Shown: positions 29,090 to 38,277 of the stretch, in pieces
Position numbering within the stretch: position 1 is the first letter of the stretch
How the letters are laid out: the number at the start of each line of letters is the position of its first letter
Assembly (NCBI GenBank): GCA_018695135.1
Contig: JABHOV010000052.1
Coordinates: 1-52,609 of the forward strand
Length of the DNA stretch: 52,609 nt
Direction of reading: 5' to 3'
DNA from: Candidatus Melainabacteria bacterium
Lineage (GTDB): Bacteria; Cyanobacteriota; Vampirovibrionia; LMEP-6097
Notes under the pieces: model-generated
What the model saw: only the letters and a program-made list of their open reading frames with translations
Database searches by the model: none
Told to the model about the DNA's origin: nothing
Position numbers and translations under genes: made by a program

Positions 29090-30525
29090 TGCTTCAGGCT
29101 GCCCTTAAGCCAAATACACTGAAGTGAACCAGGTCCAACTGATTGATAATGCTTTTGCAGGTAAGATTTTTTCTTATTGTTTAGTGGATCATAAACTTTA
29201 TCCAGAAAAACGATTATGGCTGGCTCAGTTCCTTCCTTTACGACAAAAGGGTCTCTGCCTGTAACTCTACTAATATCAGAATTTTCAAACCAAAAATAAT
29301 CTATGTCTTTATTAAAAACATATGCAGGGCAAGCTCTATGATATGTTGCTATTTTTGCTTCCCTACTAAAATTTTGCAATGCAAAATCAAGAGTATTTTT
29401 CTGACTCAAATACTTAAGATCTGGAGCAGACTTGACTTTTTTAATATTATTAGTAAATATCGCTAGTCCAAGAAGCAACAAAATCACTAGCTTTTTCTGA
29501 CTCATTTTCCTCTTAATTAAATAGTTATTCACACCATTAGCAGTAAAGATAGACATGAAGGGTAAAAATATAATACAGTAATAAGGGAAAAAGCCCTTGA
29601 AGCAACCATAGATTGGCAATAACGTGCAAAGCAGCAATAGTCTAGTTTGGCTTGACTTCAACTGCATCGAAAATACTCCCAAGAGAGTGAAAGAACATAG
29701 TAAAAAATCTTTCAGGAAATTCAAGCTCGTTAATTGCATCCCAATATAGGCATAAGACCGGTTACCAGCAAGAGAGAAGTTAAAGATAGTAGTGTAATAA
29801 AGGAAGTCATTCAATGCTCCTTGAGAATAAAAATAAATACCAAATACTAGATAAACTAATGATACACCAATCGCAATAAATAGACCGATTTGCAATGACC
29901 TAGCTTCTCTCTTTTGATAGTATTCGGAGAGAAGAAAAAGAAATATAGCAAGCAACAATATTATAGATTTAAAGTTACAACAAAGCATTAAACCAAAAAG
30001 ACATCCACTAAGTACAAAAACCCACACTTTTGTAGTTTTTTGGTTTATCACAAAAAGATAGAACCCCAACAAAGCAAATACTGACTGTAAAAGATCAGGT
30101 CTAATCTCAATAGAAGTCGCCTGAATTATATGCCACATCGTAAAGACCATAGTAGTTAGTAAAGCCGAGCTGATTGTCTTCAATAAAAATTTTGCAATCA
30201 AAAAAACTAAAATAAATATCAAGAGACTTGTAAAAAAAGAAGAGTGTCTAAAAATAATTAAAGTATCAAAACTAGCTGGCTCATTAATCTTAGTCAAGAT
30301 GAAGCTATTTAACAGTGTATAAATTGGTCCATGATGATCAAAGAAATCTCTATAAATCATGAGTCCATTAAATTGATTCCATGCATTATGAACATGTTGA
30401 AACTCATCTTCACTAAAAGGCTTTAGGTATATGTTTTGATATATAGCAAAAATATTATTTAGAAGAATTAATATTGGTGAAATAATCCAAAGATTCTTGC
30501 TATCTTTTACCACCAAGCCTCCCAA
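29086..30525 (-). CDS. polytopic GT-C/ArnT-like glycosyltransferase (paralog 1)
   Basis: EDEFQH, YRDFFDHHGP, EIRPD, multiple TM helices. Confidence 0.75.
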   Translation of the reverse strand: MGGLVVKDSKNLWIISPILILLNNIFAIYQNIYLKPFSEDEFQHVHNAWNQFNGLMIYRDFFDHHGPIYTLLNSFILTKINEPASFDTLIIFRHSSFFTSLLIFILVFLIAKFLLKTISSALLTTMVFTMWHIIQATSIEIRPDLLQSVFALLGFYLFVINQKTTKVWVFVLSGCLFGLMLCCNFKSIILLLAIFLFLLSEYYQKREARSLQIGLFIAIGVSLVYLVFGIYFYSQGALNDFLYYTTIFNFSLAGNRSYAYIGMQLTSLNFLKDFLLCSFTLLGVFSMQLKSSQTRLLLLCTLLPIYGCFKGFFPYYCIIFLPFMSIFTANGVNNYLIKRKMSQKKLVILLLLGLAIFTNNIKKVKSAPDLKYLSQKNTLDFALQNFSREAKIATYHRACPAYVFNKDIDYFWFENSDISRVTGRDPFVVKEGTEPAIIVFLDKVYDPLNNKKKSYLQKHYQSVGPGSLQCIWLKGSLKH

Positions 30526-31255
30526 GCATCATCAATAGAATTTGATAGCAAACTATAAATGGATATGCAAGATTGATAAACGAGTCACCATGTCTTCTCT
30601 TTCTAAAGGTAATAGGGGTTTGAAGAAATCTCATCTTCTTATGACTAGCATCCAATAAAAGTTGTTGAGTGTAATTATAATCACCGTTAAAGTTGAAGCA
30701 TGATAAATATTGTCTATTAAGTCCAAACAAACCTGGCTGACCATCTTTTACATTCCAACCAGTAATAATGCTCATTAATTTATTGAATACTTTATTGCCA
30801 ATCAATCTAATCAAAGGCATTTTGTATTCTATTCCTTGAAACCTATTGCCATAAACCAAATCTGCTTGATCAGTTTCTAGTAACTTCATTAGCTTAAGCA
30901 TGTCTTTTGCTTCATGTTGAAGATCTGCATCTATTTTAATCACAAAATCAGCGCCTTTTATTTTTGCATAATTCAATCCAGCTCTAACAGCAGCTCCTAG
31001 CCCTTTATTGCTAGTATGTGTAATTATTTTATCAACCTCTATATTTTCTAATGTTAGTCCAGTTCTGTCAGTCGATCCATCATTAATAATTATGATTCTT
31101 GTCTTGTATTCATTTTCTAAACTACTAAGCGTTTCTATAATTTCCGAGATAGCTATAGCGATACTAGCTTCTTCATTAAACACAGGTATGAGAACAAATA
31201 GGCTAGGGGCCAAGCCTCCGCAATTCTGTTTCTTTAATACTTCATTTGCTGACAT
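30500..31255 (-). CDS. GT2 glycosyltransferase (polyprenol-phosphate sugar synthase-like)
   Basis: IPVFNEE, NDGSTDRT, NKGLGAA, IDADLQH, GNRF. Confidence 0.9.
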   Translation of the reverse strand: MSANEVLKKQNCGGLAPSLFVLIPVFNEEASIAIAISEIIETLSSLENEYKTRIIIINDGSTDRTGLTLENIEVDKIITHTSNKGLGAAVRAGLNYAKIKGADFVIKIDADLQHEAKDMLKLMKLLETDQADLVYGNRFQGIEYKMPLIRLIGNKVFNKLMSIITGWNVKDGQPGLFGLNRQYLSCFNFNGDYNYTQQLLLDASHKKMRFLQTPITFRKRRHGDSFINLAYPFIVCYQILLMMLGRLGGKR

Positions 31256-31366
31256 TGTCTAATATACCTATTTGATAAGTATTAAGATCTTAGCAAGTTA
31301 TAATTTTTGCATCTATACTGAGCAGAAGTGTCAGAATATGGCTTATCCTGAGTCATATTATCTGTA

Positions 31367-32209
31367 ATGCATAGGATTATAGTTATTTGTAATTTCAAAA
31401 ATGGTTGCAATCAGTCTCATAGTACAATCAATAAAGTTTTCAAGATGCATAAAGATATAAAACTAATAAAAGAATATATATCACGTAAATCAACCTACGC
31501 AATAATACCCATCACTTGGAATGAAGGCGAAAAAATAGCAAAGCAAATTGATAGAATGCAATCAATAATTGATTATGCAGATATCATCATTGCCGACAAC
31601 GCTAGTGATGATGGGTCACTAGCAGATGAGTTTCTACAATCCAAAAATATAAGAGCCAAAGTCATCAGCTCAGCAAGGGGCTATGGCAACGCCCTTAGAC
31701 CGGCAATCTCTTACGCCTTAGACCAGGGCTATGAGGGCATTATTACTATAGATGGTAATAACAAAGATGGACCAGAAGCTCTTATCGAAATGACCGAATA
31801 TTTAAAACAAGGCTATGGATTTATCCAAGCCTCACGTTTCATGAAAGATGGGACCCAAAAAAATATGCCACTTGATCGTTTGCTAGCAGTAAAGCTGTTC
31901 ATGATTCCTCTATTTACAATTGCCAGTGGTTTTGCTTACACCGATCCATCCAATGGTTTCAAGGCCTATAGTCGTGAGTTTTTATTAGATACTCGAGTTT
32001 CACCACTGCGAGAGATTTTTCATGATTATCGGTTTCAATATTTTGCCAGCACGCAAGCTCCGCGCCTGGGCTATAAAGTCATCGAAGTCCCAGCTTCTAG
32101 AGTCTATCCAGACCAAGGTAAAACACCAACCAAAATCAGGGGTATTTGGGCACGCTTAACAATAATGTGGCAAATGCTAGAGGCTGCGCTAGGGCGCTAT
32201 AATGTATAA
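31367..32209 (+). CDS. GT2 glycosyltransferase
   Basis: IPITWNEG, DNASDDGS, IDGNNKD, ASRF, TDPSNGFKAYS; true start may be a downstream Met. Confidence 0.88.
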   Translation: MHRIIVICNFKNGCNQSHSTINKVFKMHKDIKLIKEYISRKSTYAIIPITWNEGEKIAKQIDRMQSIIDYADIIIADNASDDGSLADEFLQSKNIRAKVISSARGYGNALRPAISYALDQGYEGIITIDGNNKDGPEALIEMTEYLKQGYGFIQASRFMKDGTQKNMPLDRLLAVKLFMIPLFTIASGFAYTDPSNGFKAYSREFLLDTRVSPLREIFHDYRFQYFASTQAPRLGYKVIEVPASRVYPDQGKTPTKIRGIWARLTIMWQMLEAALGRYNV

Positions 32210-32911
32210 GTGCCTGGTAAACAAAAAATATTTCTGGTAAGTGGCGTAAGTTCAGGCATGGGTAAGGCATTTGCGAAGTTCATCCAAGCCAAAGGACATA
32301 ATCTAATAGCACTAGTTCGCAACAAAACCTCTCTAGTAAATTTCAATTGCGAGCAGATAATTGAATTGGATTATGCTTATCCTGATAGAGTTGAAGCTGC
32401 ATTCCATAACTTCAAAACCAAGATCGATTGCTTTGTCAATTTTGCTGCAATTCTACCTGGTAAGTCATACGATGAATACGATGACAAAAGCCTTGCAGAG
32501 TTAATGAATATAAATGTCATTAGTCCAAGCTTGATAATCAAATCCATCGTTCCTCATATCAAAGAGAATGGTTCTATAATACTCTTAGGTTCTGTCTCTG
32601 CCCAGAAAGGTAGTTATGATGATGCTTACGCCGCAAGCAAAGGAGCTATTCATAGCTTAGTCAAATCATTGGCTTTAAAACTCGCGCCTCAAATTCGCGT
32701 AGTGGGGCTTGCACCAGCTTTATGCAACAATACGAGAATGACACAAGAGCTAGTTCCAGGTCGTTACCAGCGTAATCTAGAGACAATTCCACTAAAGCAA
32801 GCTGCAGAAGTCGAAGATATAGCCCAGATTGCATATTTCCTAAGCTCTGACAGTTCCAAATTCATAACTGGTTCTATGCTTGATGTCAATGGAGGGCAAT
32901 ATTTGAGATGA
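32210..32911 (+). CDS. short-chain dehydrogenase/reductase
   Basis: SGVSSGMG, YAASK, ITGSMLDVNGG. Confidence 0.92.
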   Translation: MPGKQKIFLVSGVSSGMGKAFAKFIQAKGHNLIALVRNKTSLVNFNCEQIIELDYAYPDRVEAAFHNFKTKIDCFVNFAAILPGKSYDEYDDKSLAELMNINVISPSLIIKSIVPHIKENGSIILLGSVSAQKGSYDDAYAASKGAIHSLVKSLALKLAPQIRVVGLAPALCNNTRMTQELVPGRYQRNLETIPLKQAAEVEDIAQIAYFLSSDSSKFITGSMLDVNGGQYLR

Positions 32912-33993
32912 TCTATGATGTTGCAATTATTGGCGCCGGTATTTTTGGAATAGAGCTAGGACTTCTACTTGCTAGAAAAAACCTTAAAGTAATTATTCTA
33001 GAAAAAGAAAATAATATTTGCATGAGAGCATCTGCAAATAATCAAGCAAGAGTGCACAATGGCTACCACTATCCACGTTCTCGCGAGACATTAGTTGCTT
33101 CACACCGTCACTACAACAGGTTCCTAAGGGAATTTCATGATTGCATCAATTCAGATTTCACCAACTTGTACGTTTTAGCAAAAGACTCTCAAGTAAGCTC
33201 TGAAAATTTCAAGGCTCTCTGTGATCATCACGGACTTTATTGTAAAGAAGTTAATAGCCTCTATAAAGAATATTTCAATTTTGATTTAATTGACGATGTT
33301 TACTTAAGCCAGGAACTTGTTTTTGACATCAATAAAATCAGAAACAAACTTTTAGAGCAGCTAATGGAAGCGGGTATTGAGCTACGCTTAAACACCAGGA
33401 TAGAAGACCTAGACATTGCTCCAATTATCAAATTATCTTCTGCAAATGAAAGCTTTACATGTAAACAGGTTTTCAATGTGACCTATGCCAGCATAAATAA
33501 CTTACTCAAGAAACAGGACTTCGAAATTTTCCGTTTGAAATATGAGCTTGCTGAGATTTGCTTAGTTGATGTGCCAAAAGAACTGCAACAACTGGGAGTC
33601 ACAATTATGGATGGACCATTCTCTTCGATTCTTCCTTTCCCTACAACAAAGCAGCACTCGCTAAGTCATGTCAAATACAGTTCTCACATAAAATGCTACG
33701 CCAAAGATGGTCTACCTCCATCTTATGAAATGATTCCCGAAAAACTCAGCAGCAATTTTGATTTAATGAAAAATGATATTGCTCGTTTCATTCCAGCCTT
33801 AAGCAAAATGCAATACCAAGAATCATTCTATGAAACCAAAGCTCTTCTTGAAGCGCACGAAATTGATGATGGCAGACCGATATTAATAAAACAACATTGC
33901 GATAATTTCAGCTCCATCCTAGGATCCAAAATGGATAATATTTACGATCTCGAGCTTCAATTAGACAATGTTTTAGATTGCCAAATGCACTGA
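32908..33993 (+). CDS. FAD-dependent oxidoreductase (DAO-like)
   Basis: IIGAGIFG, RASANNQARVHNGYHYPRS, TIMDGPF. Confidence 0.88.
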   Translation: MIYDVAIIGAGIFGIELGLLLARKNLKVIILEKENNICMRASANNQARVHNGYHYPRSRETLVASHRHYNRFLREFHDCINSDFTNLYVLAKDSQVSSENFKALCDHHGLYCKEVNSLYKEYFNFDLIDDVYLSQELVFDINKIRNKLLEQLMEAGIELRLNTRIEDLDIAPIIKLSSANESFTCKQVFNVTYASINNLLKKQDFEIFRLKYELAEICLVDVPKELQQLGVTIMDGPFSSILPFPTTKQHSLSHVKYSSHIKCYAKDGLPPSYEMIPEKLSSNFDLMKNDIARFIPALSKMQYQESFYETKALLEAHEIDDGRPILIKQHCDNFSSILGSKMDNIYDLELQLDNVLDCQMH

Positions 33994-35411
33994 AAGGGTT
34001 CAGGTCCTATTCGTTGATAGTGCTTTTGGAAATAAGCATGCCTGTCTCGAGTCCGCTCATCATCAAAGACCGGCATAAAAGCAACTATTGGTCGTTCAGT
34101 GAGTTCTAACTTATCAAACTCTTGAAGATCAAAAGGGTCTTTCCCTGATACTCTAGCAATGTCATAGCTTTCAAACCAAAAATAATCAATATCATTATTA
34201 AAAATATAGGCGGGGCAAACCCGGCGATATGCAGCAATTGCCTGATCTCTACTGAAATGCTCTACGGCAAACTCAAGTGTCTTTTTCTGACCCAGATATC
34301 TCCGGCTCTCAACAAGTCTCGTTTTCCTTATATTGTTAGTCACCAAAGCCAATCCAATCAAAAATAGAATCACTAAGCGTTTTCCATTAAACTCTTTTTC
34401 AATCAGATAGTGATTAAGTCCTTGAGCTGCGTAGATAGAAATAAATGGCAAGAAAATAATGCAGTAATGAGGAAAAAGCCCATTGAAACAGCCGTAAAGT
34501 GACAATAAGCTACAAACTATCATTAGCCTTTGAGACTTCAACTTCAATCCAAGTGAAAACATCCCCAAGATAGCAGAGAGACAAAGCATAAAATCTTTTG
34601 CAAAATGGATGGCCGTATAGCGTAGTCCCAAATTCCCATAAGACCAATGGTTTGAAAAAAGAAAATTGAATATAGTATTGTAATATAGAAAATCTTTCAA
34701 AGCCCCTTGAGAATAGAAATACATGGCAAATAATCCATAAACAAACAATACTCCAAGTCCAAGGTATAGCCCGCTCTTTAATATCCGAGCTTCACGCTGC
34801 ATGTAATATTCATATAGAAAAAAGAGAGCGAGTGCTACTAGCAATATTATAGATTTAAAATTGCAAGAAATCATCAGACCAAAGCAGCAGCCACTAAGCA
34901 TCAAACGTAGAACTTGCTTAGAATTCAAATTCCGAATGAGAATATAGAAGCCTAGTAAAGCAAACACCGTCTGTAGAAGATCGGGTCTAATCTCAACTGC
35001 AACAGATTGGCTAATATGCCACATAGTAAACACCGTTGTGCTCAAGAGGGCTAAACTTCGCTTCTTTAAAAAAACTTTCGCAATTAAAAAAATCAAACAG
35101 AGAATTAACAAAGTAGAAAAAAAAGAGTAATGCCTAAAAATAATCAAAGTCTCAAAGCTTGCTGGGCTATCAAATTTGCTCAATAAGAAGCTATTGAATA
35201 AAGTGTAGAGAGGTCCATGATGTTCAAAGAAATCTCGATAAACCAACAAGCCATTGAAGTGATTCCATGCGTTATGCACATGCTGCAAACTATCTTGGTG
35301 AAAAGCCTTAGTGTATATGCTTAAATATATAGCAATAATATTATTGAGAAGAATTAATCCAGGCACAATAGTCCAAAGCTTCTTGTTGTTTTTCATCAGA
35401 AGGTCTCCCAT
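33957..35411 (-). CDS. polytopic GT-C/ArnT-like glycosyltransferase (paralog 2)
   Basis: Collinear with 29086-30525: QHVHNAWN, YRDFFEHHGP, EIRPDLLQ, CNFKSIILL, CPAY, DIDYFWFE, QCIW. Confidence 0.75.
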   Translation of the reverse strand: MGDLLMKNNKKLWTIVPGLILLNNIIAIYLSIYTKAFHQDSLQHVHNAWNHFNGLLVYRDFFEHHGPLYTLFNSFLLSKFDSPASFETLIIFRHYSFFSTLLILCLIFLIAKVFLKKRSLALLSTTVFTMWHISQSVAVEIRPDLLQTVFALLGFYILIRNLNSKQVLRLMLSGCCFGLMISCNFKSIILLVALALFFLYEYYMQREARILKSGLYLGLGVLFVYGLFAMYFYSQGALKDFLYYNTIFNFLFSNHWSYGNLGLRYTAIHFAKDFMLCLSAILGMFSLGLKLKSQRLMIVCSLLSLYGCFNGLFPHYCIIFLPFISIYAAQGLNHYLIEKEFNGKRLVILFLIGLALVTNNIRKTRLVESRRYLGQKKTLEFAVEHFSRDQAIAAYRRVCPAYIFNNDIDYFWFESYDIARVSGKDPFDLQEFDKLELTERPIVAFMPVFDDERTRDRHAYFQKHYQRIGPEPFQCIWQSKTLSN

Positions 35412-35579
35412 GCGGCATCTGCTATTTTCATAATATTGATTGAGTTTTGCATGAATATCATATTGTCAAAAGTCTTCTTTGACAATAATACTACTTAATT
35501 TACAGATTCATAGACTTGCTATCTATGTTAAAATCACTTTTGGTTATCAAAGAAAAGAGCTTTATAACAAACAAAAACG

Positions 35580-36893
35580 ATGTTTAAGAAAATTGAATTA
35601 TGGATAGTTGCTCTTCTACTTGTTCTTTTTTCAATGATCTTAATTAGCTATGCTGCTTTTTTACAACTGACGCTAACAAAAGCCCCAAGCCAATATTCGA
35701 AGCTAGAGCAAGCTGCTCTATTTATTGCAGATATCCCAAGCAACTTCAGGAAAATAATTGGCGCAAGTGCAGGCAATCCTTTGATACTTAGGACCCAAGT
35801 AAACCAGCTCAATAACTACAAGAAGGGCTACTTGCTGGTATCTGCTTTTAGTAAAAAGCACGGGACCAATATTGTCTATCTCTATGACCTGAAACGTGAA
35901 GCAAGAATTCATCAATGGCTGCCACCTATCAAACAAATCCAAGCCCAAATCAAAAACAATAAATCTGCAAGGATGGAAGCCGTCAATTTCAGAACCCTGC
36001 ATCCACTCGTGAGCAAGGATGGAACGATTGTCTTTAGCAATGGCAGAGGTCCATTGGTCAAGCTTGATGTTTGCAGTAATCTAGAATGGGTAAGTGATAG
36101 ATATTTTCATCATTCAATCGAACTCAACTCTAGAGGCAACCTTATTGTGCCGATTGTCACAGAATCTAAACAAAACTATTTTACAGAACTTGCAGGACCG
36201 GACGCCAATCCCGGTAATTTTCAAGATGATGCTTTTGCGGAAGTTTCAATGGAGAATGGCAAGGTCCTAAGTGAAACATCAATAACGAAGATTTTAATAG
36301 AAAATAAATATCACAACTTAGTTCTTCAATCACTGTCTGTGACTGATGATTTAATTCATTTAAATGATGCTGAGCCTATCAATTTCACTGATGGTTTTGT
36401 TCGGGAAGGAGACATAATGCTAAGCATGAGAAATACTTCTTCAGTGGCCTTATATCGTCCAAGCATGAGCAAGATAGTCTGGCTAAAACAGGGTCCTTGG
36501 AGACAGCAACATGATATTGATTACCAGGGGAATGGAGTCTTTACTATTTTTGGCAATGACAGTTACCAAAACCGTTCGCTAAGAGGCTACTCTATAATTT
36601 ATTCTTATGACATGAAGGCTGCTAGTGCAACTGAATTCTTAGCTTTAAAAGAACCTGCAATTTTTGCAGGAACTGAGGGTTTGCATCAAATCATCTCGGC
36701 AAATAGAATCTTCATAGAGGAAACTAACAAAGGCATAATCCATATCATGGACAGAGAAGGGCAAGACCAGTTAAGATATATAAGTAAGTTCAATAATTCA
36801 TATCATAGTGGACTACATTGGTCTAGATTTATCAATGACGAAGATTTGATTTCAAGTGTCAAAGAAGCGAAGGCAAATTCATGTCCAAATTAA
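35580..36893 (+). CDS. arylsulfotransferase (ASST)-family protein
   Basis: N-terminal TM; FHHS, IHLND, LSMRNTS, QQHD motifs. Confidence 0.75.
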   Translation: MFKKIELWIVALLLVLFSMILISYAAFLQLTLTKAPSQYSKLEQAALFIADIPSNFRKIIGASAGNPLILRTQVNQLNNYKKGYLLVSAFSKKHGTNIVYLYDLKREARIHQWLPPIKQIQAQIKNNKSARMEAVNFRTLHPLVSKDGTIVFSNGRGPLVKLDVCSNLEWVSDRYFHHSIELNSRGNLIVPIVTESKQNYFTELAGPDANPGNFQDDAFAEVSMENGKVLSETSITKILIENKYHNLVLQSLSVTDDLIHLNDAEPINFTDGFVREGDIMLSMRNTSSVALYRPSMSKIVWLKQGPWRQQHDIDYQGNGVFTIFGNDSYQNRSLRGYSIIYSYDMKAASATEFLALKEPAIFAGTEGLHQIISANRIFIEETNKGIIHIMDREGQDQLRYISKFNNSYHSGLHWSRFINDEDLISSVKEAKANSCPN

Positions 36894-37105
36894 AAATCCT
36901 AACAGTAATCATTTGCAGCATAGCGGCCCTCCCGGTTCAGGCTTATATCGGTCCTGGTATGGGCGGAGGGCTTATTACAGCAACAATAGGCGTCGTTGTC
37001 GCAATCTTGTCTTCTTTGTTAGGAATTATATACTTCCCCATCAAAAGGTTTTTTGAAAACAGAAAACGCAAGAACCAAACCAACAAAGCTAATGCAAAAC
37101 TATAG
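36881..37105 (+). CDS. small membrane protein with AYIGPG motif
   Basis: Signal-like segment, AYIGPGMGGG, TM helix, basic tail; overlaps both neighbours. Confidence 0.65.
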   Translation: MSKLKILTVIICSIAALPVQAYIGPGMGGGLITATIGVVVAILSSLLGIIYFPIKRFFENRKRKNQTNKANAKL

Positions 37106-38090
37106 CTCTATACAAAAATTCTTGCATCAAATAGTCTTAGGCAATTCTTTCTTGGCTAGATCTTTATTTGAGATGGAGAAATCTTTATTTCATAAAAAAG
37201 ATGAGATCATAAGCAATGCTGAACATGTTTTCATCACAGGTTTACCAAGATCAGGAACTACTATACTGCTCAAAGCTCTTTATGAGACAGGAGATTTTGC
37301 TTCATCAACTTATGCAGATATGCCATTTGTCTTAGCGCCAAATTTATTCAAGCAATTTTCAAGCAAATCAAACTTACAAACTAAAGAGAGAGCTCAACAA
37401 GATGGCATAGAGCTTGATTTAACTTCCCCAGAAGCTTTTGATGAGGTTTTCTTCAAGGCTTTCACACAAGATGAGTCTCACGAGGAGCTACAAGCTTTTG
37501 TCTCACTCATCTTGAAGAAATATCAAAAAAAAAGATATTTAAGCAAAAACAATCTAAATTATCAACGTATTGAATTAATCAGCTCAGTTTTCCCTAATGC
37601 AAGATTCTTAATTCCATTTAGAGAGCCATTGCAACATGCTTATTCATTACTAAAGCAACATCAGCATTTTTACAAATTACAAAAGCAAGATAGTTTTGTT
37701 TTGGAATATATGAATTTACTCGGACATCATGAGTTTGGATTAAACCATATAGCTTGGAACCCAGCCCAGCAATACACAGATCCTTTTAGTCTTAGTTACT
37801 GGCTAGAACAATGGTGTATGTTCTATCAAAACATTCTCAAAGACAAGTCAAAACAATCAAGCCTCGTTTCTTATTCAAGGCTATGTGAAAGCCAAGAATA
37901 TAGACAAGCCTTGGTCACAGAACTAAAACTAACAGAGTTGACAACCGTCTTCAAGCTTGCACAAGCAGATATTCAAGAAGACTATGACAGAGATCTGTAT
38001 GATAAGTCTAACGAGATTTATCAAATCCTCAATTTGAGTAGTACGTGTAAAAGTTTAGGTGACCTAAGTCCCTACAAAGTACAATCATGA
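37092..38090 (+). CDS. PAPS-dependent sulfotransferase family protein
   Basis: FITGLPRSGTT 5'-PSB loop, FREPLQHAYS 3'-PB motif; likely start MQNYS. Confidence 0.85.
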   Translation: MQNYSSIQKFLHQIVLGNSFLARSLFEMEKSLFHKKDEIISNAEHVFITGLPRSGTTILLKALYETGDFASSTYADMPFVLAPNLFKQFSSKSNLQTKERAQQDGIELDLTSPEAFDEVFFKAFTQDESHEELQAFVSLILKKYQKKRYLSKNNLNYQRIELISSVFPNARFLIPFREPLQHAYSLLKQHQHFYKLQKQDSFVLEYMNLLGHHEFGLNHIAWNPAQQYTDPFSLSYWLEQWCMFYQNILKDKSKQSSLVSYSRLCESQEYRQALVTELKLTELTTVFKLAQADIQEDYDRDLYDKSNEIYQILNLSSTCKSLGDLSPYKVQS

Positions 38091-38241
38091 AAATATCGCT
38101 CACCCACTCTCTGTTACTGCATCAGTTTTTTCGAGTAATCACAGTCTGAAGCGCTATGTGAGGATCGATGACTGTAAACAGTCCTCACAAATATTTTCAG
38201 ATTGCACTTTGTAGGGACTTAGGTCACCTAAACTTTTACAC
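38045..38241. mobile_element. 197-bp MITE-like element with ~50-bp terminal inverted repeats
   Basis: 36-bp perfect IR GTGTAAAAGTTTAGGTGACCTAAGTCCCTACAAAGT extended by ~15 imperfect bp; inner TGTGAGGA/TCCTCACA. Confidence 0.88.
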
Positions 38242-38277
38242 ACAACTTACAACACGCCAATGTAATATACTAATACT

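Noticed and set aside
28234-38277. Integrative element with attL/attR at the tRNA
   Set aside because: No integrase and no direct repeat of the tRNA 3' end seen near recJ; only an inverted T-arm copy
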